A DNA stretch of 64,000 nucleotides, from contig OZ024741.1 of the NCBI GenBank assembly GCA_964016885.1, forward strand, positions 33,852,001 to 33,916,000. Direction: 5' to 3'. The DNA comes from Eledone cirrhosa (Eukaryota). Positions 50,180-64,000 of the stretch are shown piece by piece. The notes below the pieces were generated by a model, which did no database searches, was not told where the DNA came from, and worked only from the letters and a program-made list of their open reading frames with translations. Each line of letters begins with the position of its first letter. Within the stretch, counting starts at the first letter, position 1. The position numbers and the translations under genes were made by a program.

Positions 50180-51534
50180 ATAGTTAACTCAAAATAATCG
50201 CCATCATTTGTAATTACCGTCTGCCATTGTTTAGGAAAGCACATGATTCCATCCCTAGAGAATTCTTCTGGCTTTGATGCAAAGAATTCTGCCAGCCACT
50301 GATTTAACTGGTCTTCATTGGTGAAGGTCTTTGACTGCATTGCATTGTTCATTGAGAGAAAAAGGTGGTAGTCTGTGGGCTTGAGATCAGGCGAATGCAG
50401 TGGGTGGGGCAGAACCTCCCAACTTTGCTTCAGCAACTTCTCACAAGTCATCCTTATTGTATATGGCTGAAGGAATCGAACAGGACAATGGTGTGGCAGA
50501 ACCTGTGTGATTTTCACTGCTAATCTGTCAAGTTGTTTGCAATAGATGTCAGAGGGTATGCTGGTGTTTGGTGGGAGCAGCTCGTAGTGGATGACACCTT
50601 TCCAGCTCCACCAGATGCTCAGTAGGACCTTGCAAGGGTGGAGCCCACCCTTTGCTTGCCGTTGTAGTGCACACTTTTTGACAACCCATGATCGCTTGTA
50701 GAGACACCACTTGTCATCACCAGTGACAATGGTATGTAACCAGTTGGTTGTGCAATGGTAGGAGAACAGAGAAGTCACAGTTACCATCCAACATTCATGA
50801 TTACAGTTAGTTAGATTGTGGGGCACTCATTGGTCCAGCTTGGACACCTTCCCTATTGCATGCAGATGATTGAAGGTGGTTGTTTTCGATGCACCAGGGA
50901 GAGTTGACATGTCTGGCATGGGTCTGCTTCCACTAGCTCATGCAGTGGCTTGTGATTGAAGTCAGATAGACGTCCTGTGCAAAGTCAATCTTCAGGGCTG
51001 TACTCATCGGAACAGGCGCATGGCTTAGTGGTTAGAGCATTGGGCTTGCAATCGAAAGGTTGTGAGTTCAATTCTCGGAGCAAGTGATGTGTTGTTTCCT
51101 TGAGCAAGACACTTTATTTCACATTGCTCCAGTTTACTCAGCTGTAGAAATGAGATGATAGGACTGGGGTCCCTATCATTAAATCACCCAAGACACCTCC
51201 AACGAGATATACCTTGGAGGAGGCCAGCTAAACCTGCATTGGCACAGAAGCATGTGAACCAGTCCCTGGCACTGCATTCAGACATGGTCTACATTGTTAA
51301 TGTGATGACTTGATGCTGCTACGTTTAGGCCAGAGTTGAAGTCATAAAGTAAACAGCCATGAATAAACGATTTGAATAGATCACTGCTGCTTCTCCTTTG
51401 TCCGCGTAACAGAAAATGAGAAATCTATATTGTGGATACCAACATCACTTCTTGTGCAGCCTTCAACATTTCCAGAAAACTCTACCATAATACCTTCTTT
51501 TGAAAAACGGCGGAAACTTTCTGTCCTACCAAAT
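50180..51534 (-). mobile_element. DD34D mariner transposase pseudogene with a SINE inserted at ~51013-51180
   Basis: IVTGDDKWCLY, LHPCKVLLSIWW, HYELL, HPLHSPDLKPTDYHLF. TIR-like end at 51503-51534. Confidence 0.9.
51013..51180 (+). mobile_element. SINE family 1, 5' half
   Basis: GGCGCATGGCTTAGTGGTTAGAGC...GAGTTCAATTC...CCTTGAGCAAGACAC. Confidence 0.9.
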
Positions 51535-52754
51535 ATACATATATATATATATATCATCATTATCATCATCGTTTAACGTCCATCTTCCACGCTAGCATGG
51601 GGTAGACGCGAGTTGTCCCAATGTGAGGCAAGATTGGTCGGGTGACCGTGTATCGCTCATATAGGGCTATCTGGCAGGTTTTCTGCGGCTGGATATATAT
51701 GTATATAATTGTTTCTACTTTTAGCACAAGGCCAACAATTTATCCCAGTGTATTACTGGTACTTTATTTTATCGACTCTACAGGACTAGAACTGTTTCAT
51801 TCAACTATGTATTGAGTACCTTACTTACTGTGGTTACCCCTGATTGAACCTGGGACACACACACACATGACCCACCCAAAGTATAACAATATATATATAT
51901 ATATATGTCCCCCATCCCATACAAATATTCACCCCCCTCCCTGTAAATATATTTACCCCTCTCCAACAGGTGTGACCCTTCTTTTCTTCTTCACTTTTTC
52001 CTACCTCTATATCCCCTCCCCCTCTCTCTCTCCCTCTTACATGTAACCATCCCCTCCCCCTCTCTCTCTCCCTCTTACATGTAACCATCCCCTCCCTCAC
52101 ATGTTTTCCACATTTCTCTTCCTGTTACACATCACCCCCCCACCACCACCACCACCATTCTCTTCTTTCTCTCTCACCTCTTTCTCCAATTTCTCTTTTT
52201 TCCTCTCCTCCCCTTCTTTCTTCCCCTCCCTTTCTCTGTTATAATTCTTCTCATTTTGGTTCCACCTCCTAATTTATATTTCTACTCCACCTCTCCTCTC
52301 TCTCCCTTTAGCCCCACCACATCCCCATCCTCTTACCATACCTCCCAGCTTCTAAAGCACCCCACCATCACTAACACACTGTTTAACTCACACACACACA
52401 AACTCACATTAGGAGCCAAACACACACACACACACACATGATACCTCAGTTTGTTGTGAGTCAGTGCCCCCCCCCCTCTCTCGTTCTCTCTCCCTCCTCT
52501 ACATACTACATCATACAAACACATATATAACTGCACACCAACATATATTCCATGTTTATATATATGCAATTTGCCACTCCCATCACACACACTCAGTGAC
52601 AGAATGCTCTGTAACAGTCTCCACTAGGCATCATGGGAAGGTAGGTTTTTCATGTTTTCATTACTGGCATTATATATATATATATATGTATATATATGTA
52701 TATATATATATATGGTGGGGGGGGGGGGGGTATGTGTGTAGGTGGATGTATATA

Positions 52755-52958
52755 TGAGAGTCTGCTGAAAAGTTCATAGGCTGATCAAGATACTCTCATG
52801 GAATGACCAAGTGAGGTTTATTTCGTTTATTTCTCAACATAACCCCTGGAAAGAAACAAGGCAGTTATTAATAAGAGTTGAACTTTAATGCATGCAAGAT
52901 TTCACAGCCCTAGCATCACTCCTTCATAGTCAGCCTATGAAGCTTTCACCCTACCCTC

Positions 52959-52959
<1 letters not shown>
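52755..52959. mobile_element. mariner-type MITE
   Basis: Imperfect ~30-bp TIRs (..TGAAAAGTTCATAGGCTGA / TCAGCCTATGAAGCTTTCA..CCCTCG), TA on the left. Confidence 0.7.
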
Positions 52960-52992
<33 letters not shown>

Positions 52993-53232
52993 CTAGGGAG
53001 TGTAACGTGCAGTGTATGTATATATATATAACAAAGTAAGTTTTTTTTTAAATGTCCCACACGAGTAAAACTATAGGGAAAAGAAATTGAAAATGCAACT
53101 GGAGTCTTTTAAGAATATTTATTTAGTTCCTTTACCGGTTTCACAGTTCTTATGATTTTCAAAAGTAAAATTGAGTTGGAGGGTTTGTGGTTCTGTTGTG
53201 GTTTTCTCACATCTATATATATAGTTATTTCA

Positions 53233-53890
53233 AGATGGTGATGATGATGATAATGATGGTGAGGATGATGGTGATGGTGGTGGTGATAATGATGGTAGTG
53301 GTGATAATGATAGTGATGGTGGTGGTGATAATGACGATGATGGTGATGATAATGATGGTGGTGGTGATAATGATAATGATGGTGATGGTGATGATGGTGA
53401 TGATGATAATGATGGTAATGATGGTCGTCACCATCGTGGTGGTGTATTCATCAATGATGTTGTCTACCTACATTGTCTACATGTGGAATATATTTGGTTA
53501 GTGTTACACATCATACATCATGATGGTGATGGTGATGATGGTAGTGTTGTTGTTTGTGGTGTTGTTCGTGGTAGTGGTATTGTGGTGATGGTGGTAGTGT
53601 TGCTGTTGGTGGTTGTGGTGTTGTGGTGTTGTTGTTGGTAGTAGTGTTGTTGTTGTTGTTGTGATGGTGGTAGTGTTGTTGTTGTGGTGGTGATGGTGGT
53701 AGTGTTGTTGTTGTGGTGGTGATGGTGGTAGTGTTATTGTTGAGGTGATCATGGTAGTGTGGTTGGTAGTGGTGGTGTTGTTGTGATTGTGGTAGTGTTG
53801 TTGTGATGATGGTTGTATTGTTGTTGGTGGTAGTGGTGGTGGTGGCAGTAACGATGATAGTGGTGGTGGTCCTGTTGATGTTATTGTGTG
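53233..53890. repeat. (GAT/GGT/GTT)n low-complexity tracts
   Basis: Direct. Confidence 0.85.
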
Positions 53891-54220
53891 TTGTTTCCTG
53901 TTTTCTTCTCTCTCCAGTTTGTTGCACTACTAAGCATCAGTTTTATTTATATGAATTTTCCCACGAAGACCCCCCCCCACCCCCATGTCATTTCTCAAAT
54001 GTTTATCCCCCTTCCCTCTCCATGATTGTTATACGACAAGAATAACAATCAAAAGAATATTTATCAACCATGACAATATGCTATGTGTTGTTTGTATATA
54101 AATCTATCTATCTATCTATCTGTCTATATATTTATATGTCTATCTATCTATCTGTAATTCCTATATCACGCTGCAATAAAATGTTCACTTTCCATTCACA
54201 AGGACCCGAGTCCTTACTGG

Positions 54221-54345
54221 GTCCTAACCCAACATGTGTCCTAACCCTACATGTATCCTAACCCTACATGTGTCCTAACCCTACATGTGTTCCAGCCCTA
54301 CATATGTCTTAGCCCTACATGTGCCCTAATCCTACATGTGTCCTG
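54221..54345. repeat. 17-bp minisatellite GTCCTAACCCTACATGT, ~7 copies
   Basis: Direct. Confidence 0.85.
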
Positions 54346-54404
54346 TGGATAGTTATTTCTCCAAAGATTCTTTTTATATTTAATTTTTTTTATATTTACA
54401 TTTA

Positions 54405-54660
54405 AGGCCAGATATCATGACAATCTTCCAGTGTTGCGGAGTAGGCCCCTCATCTGGGATGCCACATGCTGTGACACCTACTCAAGTGGCAACCTGGTGC
54501 GTTCGGCTACCATCCCAGGCTCTACTGTCTGCCAAGCCGAAGAGGGCAAACTGCCCAAGTATCAGCCACTCTCTCATACGTTTGTGGTAGAGTCTGTAGC
54601 AGTGGAGACTTTTGGGGGTTTTGGTCCCTGAAACTCATTCCTACTCACAGCTATCGGAGT
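54405..54660 (+). pseudogene. Restriction-like endonuclease domain fragment of a CRE-like non-LTR retrotransposon
   Basis: RPD (54405), PLIWDATCCDT, AEEGKLPKY, VAVETFGGFG. Matches the RPD...WD.T..DT...K..KY...ET.G..G pattern. Confidence 0.75.
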
Positions 54661-55109
54661 GGAGTTTGATGGGATTTCTAGTAATGTACATTTTTTGGGT
54701 CATGTTTTTTAATGTATAAAGAATATTAATTGTTGCTGGAATACTTAAATTAAAATTTCGTTAGAGGTGGATTAGCAAAATTTAATCAGCGACAGGGTGG
54801 TAATCTGAAAATGTAATAAGAGGGGTGAGGGGCGATTATTTGCAACCTGAGGGTACATATGAAGTTTTTAACAAAAGTTATGGAAATTTTGAACTTTGCT
54901 GATGGACCCCTCTGCCCAAGACTAGCTTTATGACCCCCTAGTTAGGGATTGCAGATCTAACTAGTTATTAGGGGATGTGCTGATTCTAGCTCCCTACCTC
55001 ATTAACAAATTAGGTATTATAGTTACTGAATTCTCACCACCACCACCACCACCATTGCTCCTCCTGCTGCTACTACTACTACTACTACTACTACTACTAT
55101 CTCTGTTAC

Positions 55110-55166
<57 letters not shown>

Positions 55167-55311
55167 ACATGGTCAACTGACCCGATTTGCCTCAAATGGG
55201 ACAACCTGTCTAACCCATGCTGGCGTGGAAAATAGACTTTGAACGATGATGATGCTGATGATGAGGATATATATATACCCATGCAGGCATGGAAAATAAG
55301 ATGTTAAATTG

Positions 55312-55343
<32 letters not shown>

Positions 55344-55356
55344 TGTGTTTGTTTGT

Positions 55357-55580
55357 GAAGGTACATGGCTTAGCAGTTAATGTGTTCAGCTCATAACTGT
55401 AAGGTTGCCAGTTCGTTGCAGCTTTTTGTATCCTTGAGCAAGACACTTTATTTCATGTTGCTCCAGTCTACTCAGCTAACAAGGGCCAGCTTTGCCACAC
55501 ACCCTGTCATGTTGAATCTCCCTGAGAATTATGTTAAGGATACACATGTCTGTGGATGCTCAGTCACTTGCACTTTAATA
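55357..55580 (+). mobile_element. Diverged tRNA/CORE-like SINE
   Basis: GGTACATGGCTTAGCAG...GTTCG...TCCTTGAGCAAGACACTTTATTTCA. Confidence 0.7.
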
Positions 55581-55701
55581 TCATGGATAGGCTATTCTGT
55601 TGTCTGAACAACTGGGAATACTCATCGCTGGAACTGACAGAGGCCCAACACACACTTGGATTGATGGGTGGGTGGATGGGTGGACTGGGAGATGGATAGA
55701 T

Positions 55702-56730
55702 ATATGGCTGTGTGTATGTATGTATGTATGGCTGTGTGTATGTATGGCTGTATGTATGGCTGTGTGTATGTATGTATGTATGTATGTATGGCTGTATGTA
55801 TGTATGGCTGTGTGTATGTATGTATGGCTGTATGTATGTATGTATGGCTGTGTGTATGTATGTATGGCTGTATGTATGTATGTATGTATGTATGGCTGTG
55901 TGTATGGCTGTGTGTATGTATGGCTGTATGTATGGCTGTATGTATGTATGTGTGTATGTATGTATGGCTGTATGTATGTATGGCTGTGTGTATGTATGTA
56001 TGCCTGTGTGTATGTATGTATGGCTGTGTGTATGTATGTATGTATGTATGGCTGTATGTATGTATGGCTGTATGTATGTATGGCTGTATGGCTGTGTGTA
56101 TGTATGGCTGTATGTATGTATGTATGGCTGTCTGTATGTATGGCTGTATGTATGTATGGCTGTATGTATGTATGGCTGTGTGTATGTATGGCTGTATGTA
56201 TGTATGTATGGCTGTATGGCTGTGTGTATGGCTGTATGGCTGTGTGTATGTATGGCTGTATGTATGTATGTATGGCTGTATGTATGTATGTATGGCTGTG
56301 TGTATGTATGTATGGCTGTGTGTATGTATGTATGGCTGTGTGTATGTATGTATGTATGGCTGTATGTATGTATGTATGGCTGTATGGCTGTGTGTATGTA
56401 TGGCTGTATGTATGTATGGCTGTATGTATGTATGTATGGCTGTATGGCTGTGTGTATGTATGTATGGCTGTGTGTATGTATGGCTGTATGTATGTATGTA
56501 TGGCTGTGTGTATGTACGTATGGCTGTGTGTATGTATGGCTGTATGTATGTATGTATGTATGGCTGTATGTATGTATGTATGGCTGTGTGTATGTATGTA
56601 TGTATGTATGTATGGCTGTGTGTATGTATGTATGGCTGTGTGTATGTATGTATGTATGTGTGTATGTATGGCTGTGTGTATGTATGGCTGTGTGTATGTA
56701 TGTATGGCTGTATGTATGTATGTATGGCTG
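55702..56730. repeat. (GTAT)n/GGCT compound tetranucleotide satellite
   Basis: Direct. Explains the 55581-56838 ORFs. Confidence 0.95.
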
Positions 56731-57289
56731 AACATATATATATATGGGTGTATGTATCAGTTTGGAATATTGCCAATGACTGGATTAGTCCCTATTATTG
56801 CTATAGTTTTAGCTAGTTATGAAAATGTTCTTCCTTGACCTACCATTACTGTTTTAACTGTTGTGGTGATTGTAATGACTGTTGTGATGGTGGTGATGAT
56901 GGTTGTAATGATTTTGATGATGGCGATTGTAATGATGGTGGTAATGATGATGGTGATGGTTGTGATAATGGTGGTGATTGTGATGGTGGTGGTTGTGATG
57001 GTAATGTTTGTGATGGTAATGTTGATTGTGATGGTGGTGATTGTGATGATGGTTGTGATAATATTGGTGGTGATATTATAGCTATATTGTTGATGTTAAT
57101 GCTGCTGATAACCCTTGTTGCTATTTTTACTGTAGATGTTGTTGATATTTTTGCTGTTGCAGCTAATGGTGATAATGTTAATGATGATGATGATTATAAT
57201 GAGGATGATGATGATATGTGTTGGATAATTTTACCTTCCTTATAATTTAAGAGTGGCGCCGTCTTGTATCATTATGTCATCACATTATT

Positions 57290-57710
57290 AGGTTAACTTT
57301 GCCTTTCATCCTTACGGGGTCGATAAAATAAAGTACCAGTAATACACTGGGATAATTGCTGGCCTTGTACCTAAAGTAGAAACAATTATTATTGTTAGTA
57401 GTAGTAGTAGTAGTAGTGGTGATGGTGGTGGTAGAAGTAATAGTAGTAGTAGTAATACTCTGATCAGATCTATGTGTGGATTGTTTGACTAACTGCATGC
57501 GTGTGTGTGTATATATAATAATAATTGTTTCTACTTTTGGCACAAGGCCAGCAATTATCCTAGTGTATTACTGGTACTTTATTTTATCGACCCCGTAAGG
57601 ATGAAAGGCAAAGTTAGCCTCAGCGGGGTTTGAACTCAGACTGTAAAGGGCCGTAACTCTTTGCTGCAAAGTATGGCGTCAGACCCTCTACCGATACTGC
57701 CAATCCACCG
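57290..57710. mobile_element. Two SINE family 2 copies in tail-to-tail orientation (57290-57390 +; 57523-57710 -)
   Basis: Both match 20273-20460. Confidence 0.85.
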
Positions 57711-57942
57711 AATAATATATATATATATATATGTGTGTGTGTGTATATGTATATGTTGTACGTGTAGTTTAATTTGGCTGATCCAGTGTCCTGTTACTCT
57801 GGAGATTCCTCGAAGTATGGTCAGTTCTTCAGAGACAAAAAAATAGGAATCAACCATAACAGGGCAACTCCAGAGATATAACAGGATACTGGGTCAGTCT
57901 TTCCTTTTTGTTAAAACCAACTTTTATATATATATATATATA

Positions 57943-58045
57943 CAAGATGTCCCCCCCCAAAAATGTATACACACTTTGATTACCTGTACAGGCAATATTT
58001 ATTAGAATGCTATTAAAGTGTATATACATTTTTAGGGACACCCTG
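57943..58045. mobile_element. Tc1-type MITE (~103 bp)
   Basis: TA|CAAGATGTCCC..AAAAATGTATACACACTTT...AAAGTGTATATACATTTTTAGGGACACCCTG|TA. Confidence 0.75.
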
Positions 58046-58347
58046 TATATATATATGTATGTGTATGTATGTATATATATGCGTGTGTGTGTATGTACAT
58101 ATGTATATATTTGTATATATATATGTCTATATGTACGTATGCATATATATGTATCTGTGTGTATATATATATATGTATATGTATATATAGACACAGATAA
58201 ATATATATATAGTATAATTAAAATTTCAAACACTTAACACAACCTTAGGTTTCGGAATCCAGTTATGGCCTCCACTATATACACACACACACACACACAC
58301 ATACATACATACACACATACATATACACACACACACACACATACACA

Positions 58348-58387
<40 letters not shown>

Positions 58388-58664
58388 GATAATGAGTGAC
58401 ATCGTGTTTGTATGTATGCACACGTGTGTGTGTGTGTTTATATATATATTCAAATGAAATAGTTCTAGTCCTGTAGAAGCCATTTCTATATTAAATTTGT
58501 TATATATGCACAGTATCTGGGTACTTGCTGTGGATATGTGTGCAGTTTGGTAATAGCTATGGCTGTGAGGATAGGGTGAAGGGGTTAGGACTGCCTTGTT
58601 GTGAGGTAATCCTGCTGATGGGGGTATGGTGGAATAGCTGCTGCTTCACATGTATACATACAGT

Positions 58665-59990
58665 TACCACTACACCACCACCACCACCACTACTTCTACA
58701 CCACCACTATTATGACACCACCACCACTGCTACACCACTACTACACTACCACCACCACCACCACCACTATTTCTACACTACCACCACCACCACCACTACA
58801 CTACTACCATTACAACACCACCACATTTACACCACTACCATCACTATTACACTACTACTACTTCTACACCATCACTACCACTACCATCACCATCGCTACC
58901 ACTACCACACAATCACCACCACAGTAGCAGTGTCACTAAAACTACTACTACTATTACTACTACTACTACTACTGTTTCACCTATCGCCAATATCAACCTC
59001 CCCCATTCACACATCACTTCTATACCCAAGTATATCACCACACCAGTACTACTATGCCACAACACCGCCACCACACCCAACTATAACAGCAACACTACAA
59101 TGCCACCACCATACCCAACTATAACACTACAATGCCACCCCCACCACCACTACTACACTACACCACCACCCTCCCCCAACCAATATCAAGTGTTAGTCAT
59201 TATATCAGGTAATTGTACACTTTTGTCTACCTGTCTGAGGTCTGTTTACAGTGAGGCAAAGGAGGGTGTGTCTCCCCTTAACCCCCTTCCCTCACTGGCT
59301 TCTCCACCTATACACCCCACCCTCTTTACTGACTATTCCAGTATCACATCAGCATCACCGTAAGAACGCCACCACCACAAGAACACCACCACCATCACAC
59401 AACCTCTACCACCACCATCACACAACCTCTACCACCACCACCACAAGAACACCACCACCATCACACAACCTCTACCACCACCACCACAAGAACACCACCA
59501 CCATCACACAACCTCTACCACCACCATCACACAACCTCTACCACCACCACCACAAGAACACCACCACCATCACACAACCTCTACCACCACCATCACACAA
59601 CCTCTACCACCACCACCATCACACAACCTCTACCACCACCATCACACAACCTCTACCACCACCACCACTATCACCACCATCACCACCACCACAACACAAT
59701 CACCACCACCACACCATCACCACCACCACAACACAATCACCACCACAACACCATACCACCACCACTGCCACCACCACCACTATCACCACCATCACACCAC
59801 CACACCATCACCACCACCACCACAACACCATACCACCACCACAATACCATACCACCACCACAACACCATACCACCACCACAATACCATACCACCACCACA
59901 ATACCACCACGCCACCACAACACAATTACAACTACCACAACAGCACCACCACCATCACTACTATACATTACCACAAACAGTAGTGACATC
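58665..59990. repeat. (ACC/ACT)n low-complexity region with a 23-bp-based sub-array at ~59370-59660
   Basis: Direct. Confidence 0.85.
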
Positions 59991-61879
59991 GCCATCATTA
60001 CCCTAAACTTCATCACCACATCCATCATCAGTTACCTTAACCCTATCGGCCACAATACATCCCCCCCCCCCCGCCCCAACCATCACACCAACAAAACCAC
60101 CACCACTCATCATTACAACCAGTAGTAACATTTCCACCATTATCTTAACTACACCACCTTCATCATCTGTTACCCTAGCCCCCTCTTCCAATAATTGTTC
60201 CCACCCCCTACATAATTCACAATTCACCTACCACCCTCACACATTATTTAATCCTTTCAAAATAATTGTTTGGGGTTTTTCCTGACGTTTCAAAATTCTA
60301 TAATTAAATTAATGATTTTATGTCACTACCACCCTCACAACTATTTAGTCTTATTACGTCACCCTCCCCCTGTCAATTTCTGGCCTTGTACCTATCTCAA
60401 AACAATCATCATCCTCATCACCACCATCATTATTATTATTTCACCATTTTGAGTTCAAATCCCATGTGAGCTAACTTTGTACATTATACATCTAGTACAC
60501 TCTATAAAGTAATTGGTTCTATGAATGGAACCATGTCATAGAAACTATGCCAAAAGTGGAATGTACGAGTAAGCTGTTTTTCTGCGACTCATCTACGGGT
60601 GCAGTAACTCCAACTTGGAACTGATTCAGACCAAAAAATCATCCAACCCATGCTAGTGCTAATTGGATTGGATGGTGATGATGATGGTGGTGATGGTGAT
60701 GATGATGATGGTGGTGACAATGATGGTGATGATGATGATGGTGGTGACGATGATGGTGATGGTGATGATGATGAAAGTTTGGGACAGAATGCTTCCTCGT
60801 ATATCAGCATAACTCTTTCTCAGCTCAAATCCTCCTGAATTTGATGAACTAAGTATCAATCAAATACTGAAGTTGATTTAATGGACTGTGTCTCCCCACC
60901 TTCACTACCACCACCGCCATCAACACCACCAAAAGAAAAAAAAATGATTTTATTCCTATGCTAGAAAAGATTATTATTTGACAAAATGGTGGTTGTAGTC
61001 ATGTACTGGGTGGGATCAATCTAAGGTATTTAATATGATACTAGAGTGTTGATTCAACAGACTCTACCCTCCATACACACCCTCTTCAAATCCATAGCAT
61101 TCTACAAACCAAACATTAAAAAAAATTAAATATTTCCCAGAAATATAGAAACAGTAGCAGCAACAGGATTAGATATTTATTTTCCTCTTACAGTTTCAAC
61201 TTATTTAATGAGCTAATTAACTTTCTTTTTAATTACTAAATTATTTTGTAAACCTTCCTGGATGTTTGTTAAGTCTTTTCTAATTAATTGTTTTGTGTAT
61301 CAGTCCTTAGTCATAGTTATACTGTTGTAATTGAGGAAACCAGTGGTGGTCTCTGTTGCTAAATAAAAAAAAAAAGTATAGAAAGTGAGAGCATCTGACT
61401 TAGTGGTCAGGGTGTTAAATTGACAATGGTAAAGGTTGTGTTTGAGTCCCAGACCAAACACTTGAAAATAATAAAGAATTTGGAAAGATTTAGTAATATA
61501 ACTAACGTTTTCATTATTAAGTTGGTGTTTGGAACTTAACAAAGGTTTATACATAAAATTATAAGATTTTGTTTTTAGATGAATATAAAGACTTTAAGTC
61601 TTTAGTATTTACATTACTGTATATTCACTATTGTATTTTCATGGTAAAGACTTCATCTCATATAATCGTAAATTATCCATGATTTTGAAAATGATATCTT
61701 AATGCTGGCATAAGTGGCAGGTTATGGCCAGTTTGAACAGAAAAAAGGGCGAGAGAATGTTAGCCGGATATGGCCGGTTTAAATGCTAAAGGATTAAAAT
61801 AGTTTTCTATCAAAAGGGTTTCTGCAAACAAGCTTTTAACAGTCCAAGTGCTGGTGAATAATATTCTATGAGAACAGAG

Positions 61880-62782
61880 GAGACTGGCTGTCCATGGGAA
61901 CTTATTTGCGTGGGATGATCTGGTCCTTATAGCTAAATCTGTAGAACTAGAGAATAAGTTCCAACTGTGGAAAGAGAATTTACAATCAACAGGGCTGTGA
62001 GTAAACTTAGAAAAAAAACTAAAGTGTTAATAAGTAGGAAAGAAGACAGGACCTTGATCCCATCAAGGAAGTGGCCCTGTTCGATATGTAGAAAAGGAAT
62101 AGACAGAAACTCTGTACAATGTACACAATGCAAGTCTTGGGTACACAATATGTGTAATGGGATAGCAGGCAGGCTAACAGGAAACAAAAACTTTATATGT
62201 AACAGATGCACAGGGGTAATCAATAGTAAGAGCGTCAGTGATATAAACCTTTTTCAATCACATGGAAGATCCCTAGAAGTGGTTGATAGCTTCTGCTACA
62301 TAGGTGATCTGATTAGCAGTGGAGGAGTGTGCTTTGAGAGCATAGTAGCTAGAATAAGGATAGGATGGAAGAAGTTCAGAGAGCTACTCCCTCTGTTGAC
62401 AATGAAAGGTTTCTCCCTATGAATGAAAGGACGGCTGTATGATGCCTGTGTGTGTAGTGCATGGTAATGAAACATGGACAGTGGCTGGAGAGAAATGAAG
62501 CAAGATGCTTCAATGGATGTTCAATGTTAATATGAGAGAATGTCAGAGCTTGGATTAACTGAGAGAAAAACTGGGTTTAAGAGGAATCAGAAACATTGTG
62601 CAAGAGATAAGACTGCATTGGTATGGACATGTGATGTACATAGATGATGATCGCTGGGTGAAGAAGTGCCAGGAAATCCCAGTGGAAGGAAGCTGCTGTA
62701 GAGGAAAACCAAGGAAGACTTGGGTGGAGGTTGTGAGAGCTGATCTAAATTCATTGAAACTCACAGAGGAGATGACAAAAGA
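61880..62782 (+). pseudogene. Degenerate RTE LINE (RT C-terminal half with Cys-rich insert)
   Basis: TGCPWEL, KTKVL, WPCSICRKG...CTQCKSWVH...CNRC, VDSFCYIGD, ARIRIGWKKFRELLPLL, RLHWYGHV. Confidence 0.9.
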
Positions 62783-63016
62783 ATGCTACTTTATTATTAG
62801 AGCTGATATAATCAACTTTCCTCTTCCTTTAATAATAATAATTTCTGTCTATCTATCTACCTGTCTATCTATCTATTTAATAGTTGCCTGCTTGTCTCAC
62901 TTCCTACCTACCTATATAGTCTGTGTCATCAAGGTTACCTATCAAAGACAAACCGATGTCACCATTGACTTTCTGACAATCTCAAGTGACAATCAATTCA
63001 TTCTTCAAATTATACA

Positions 63017-63203
63017 GCACTCACTGTAAATGAGGTTGGTGTTAGGAAGGGCATCCAGCTGTAGAAATCAAGCCAAATCAGTTCCTGTTTGAGCAAGGCA
63101 TGGTCAGCCGACCGGACACTGCCCACAACAGGACAACCCATCTAACCCATGCTAGTGTGGAAGAACGGACGTAAAACGGTGATGATGATGATGATGATGA
63201 TGA
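63017..63203 (+). mobile_element. SINE family 1 / RTE 3' tail fragment
   Basis: GTTGGTGTTAGGAAGGGCATCCAGCTGTAGAAATC...GGACGTAAAAC(GAT)n. Confidence 0.85.
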
Positions 63204-64000
63204 AGTATGGTATCAGGAATAAAATTTGTTCCTTTTTTTTGATAAATCAGTTATTTTGTTCACCACTACCACCATGACTATCATCATCATGATCATCACT
63301 GCTATCATTACCAACACTACCCTTACCAACCCTATCATCACAAACACTCACTACCACAACCACTACCATCACTACCATCATCACCAATACCAACAGTACT
63401 ATTATAATACATATCACTATCTCTACCTCCATTACTACTTACACAACTATTGAGTGAAAGTGGTACAAAGCTCATCATATATATATATTATATATCATCA
63501 TCATCATTGTTGTTTTAATGTCCATTTACCCTGCTAACAAGGTTTGGATGGGTCTACATAGATCAAGTAAGTACTGAAGCAGGGCTACTGATCTCCCAGA
63601 TAGACCTATGCCTCACTTATGTATGGTCTCAAGTTCTACCAAGTGCACAGGAAAGGTCATCATGTCTTTGAAACAACTGGGGTCCTCCAAACCCTTTGTT
63701 TGGTAAGCTTTCTATGGCTGGATGCCCTTCCTATCATCAACCATAAAGGACATCTGCTTGTAAGATTCTGCCCTTATAGGTATAAAATTGTTGTTCAATC
63801 ACAGGTCAGCCATGAACAAATACCACAACGCATTCTATCTGCCATTTTAACGACTCTGACAATTCACCTTATATATATATATATTTAACCAACCATTTAG
63901 CATTTACATTACTCTTTATATACTACTAGCCGAATTACCTGCGCTTTGGTTTCACACATCTTTTTTTTGTAAGAAAATGATGATTGATTTTAAATCAATG

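Noticed and set aside
55581-56838. 380-410-aa His/Tyr- or Cys/Met-rich ORFs
   Set aside because: Tetranucleotide satellite translations, open on both strands.

Overview
Repeat-dominated eukaryotic (animal) genomic DNA. No host protein-coding exon could be supported. The SINE types, RTE LINEs and dense (TA)n/(GT)n/(AGT)n/(ACC)n microsatellites suggest a cephalopod (octopus-like) genome; this is an inference. Almost all long ORFs in the track are artefacts of simple repeats. Real coding-derived sequence is limited to decayed transposons: several RTE-clade LINEs, a Penelope-like element (PLE; RT C-terminus plus GIY-YIG), an L1/Tx1-like ORF1/ORF2 junction, a CRE-like restriction-endonuclease fragment, a DD37D/maT transposon and a DD34D mariner. 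There are also two tRNA-derived SINE families, piggyBac- and Tc1/mariner-type MITEs, two head-to-tail pairs of non-autonomous Helitrons, a 200-N gap and a ~10.8 kb 33/39-bp satellite. The most interesting signal is a set of at least six sequence-unrelated short elements embedded in (TA)n tracts. They are arranged as palindromes or partial tandems and each folds into a type I hammerhead ribozyme or a degenerate one, most with a palindromic stem III. One has a U3-A8 compensatory core and one class has a greatly extended stem II. They look like a diverse family of non-autonomous Penelope/retrozyme-like elements. All coordinates and pairings were read by eye.
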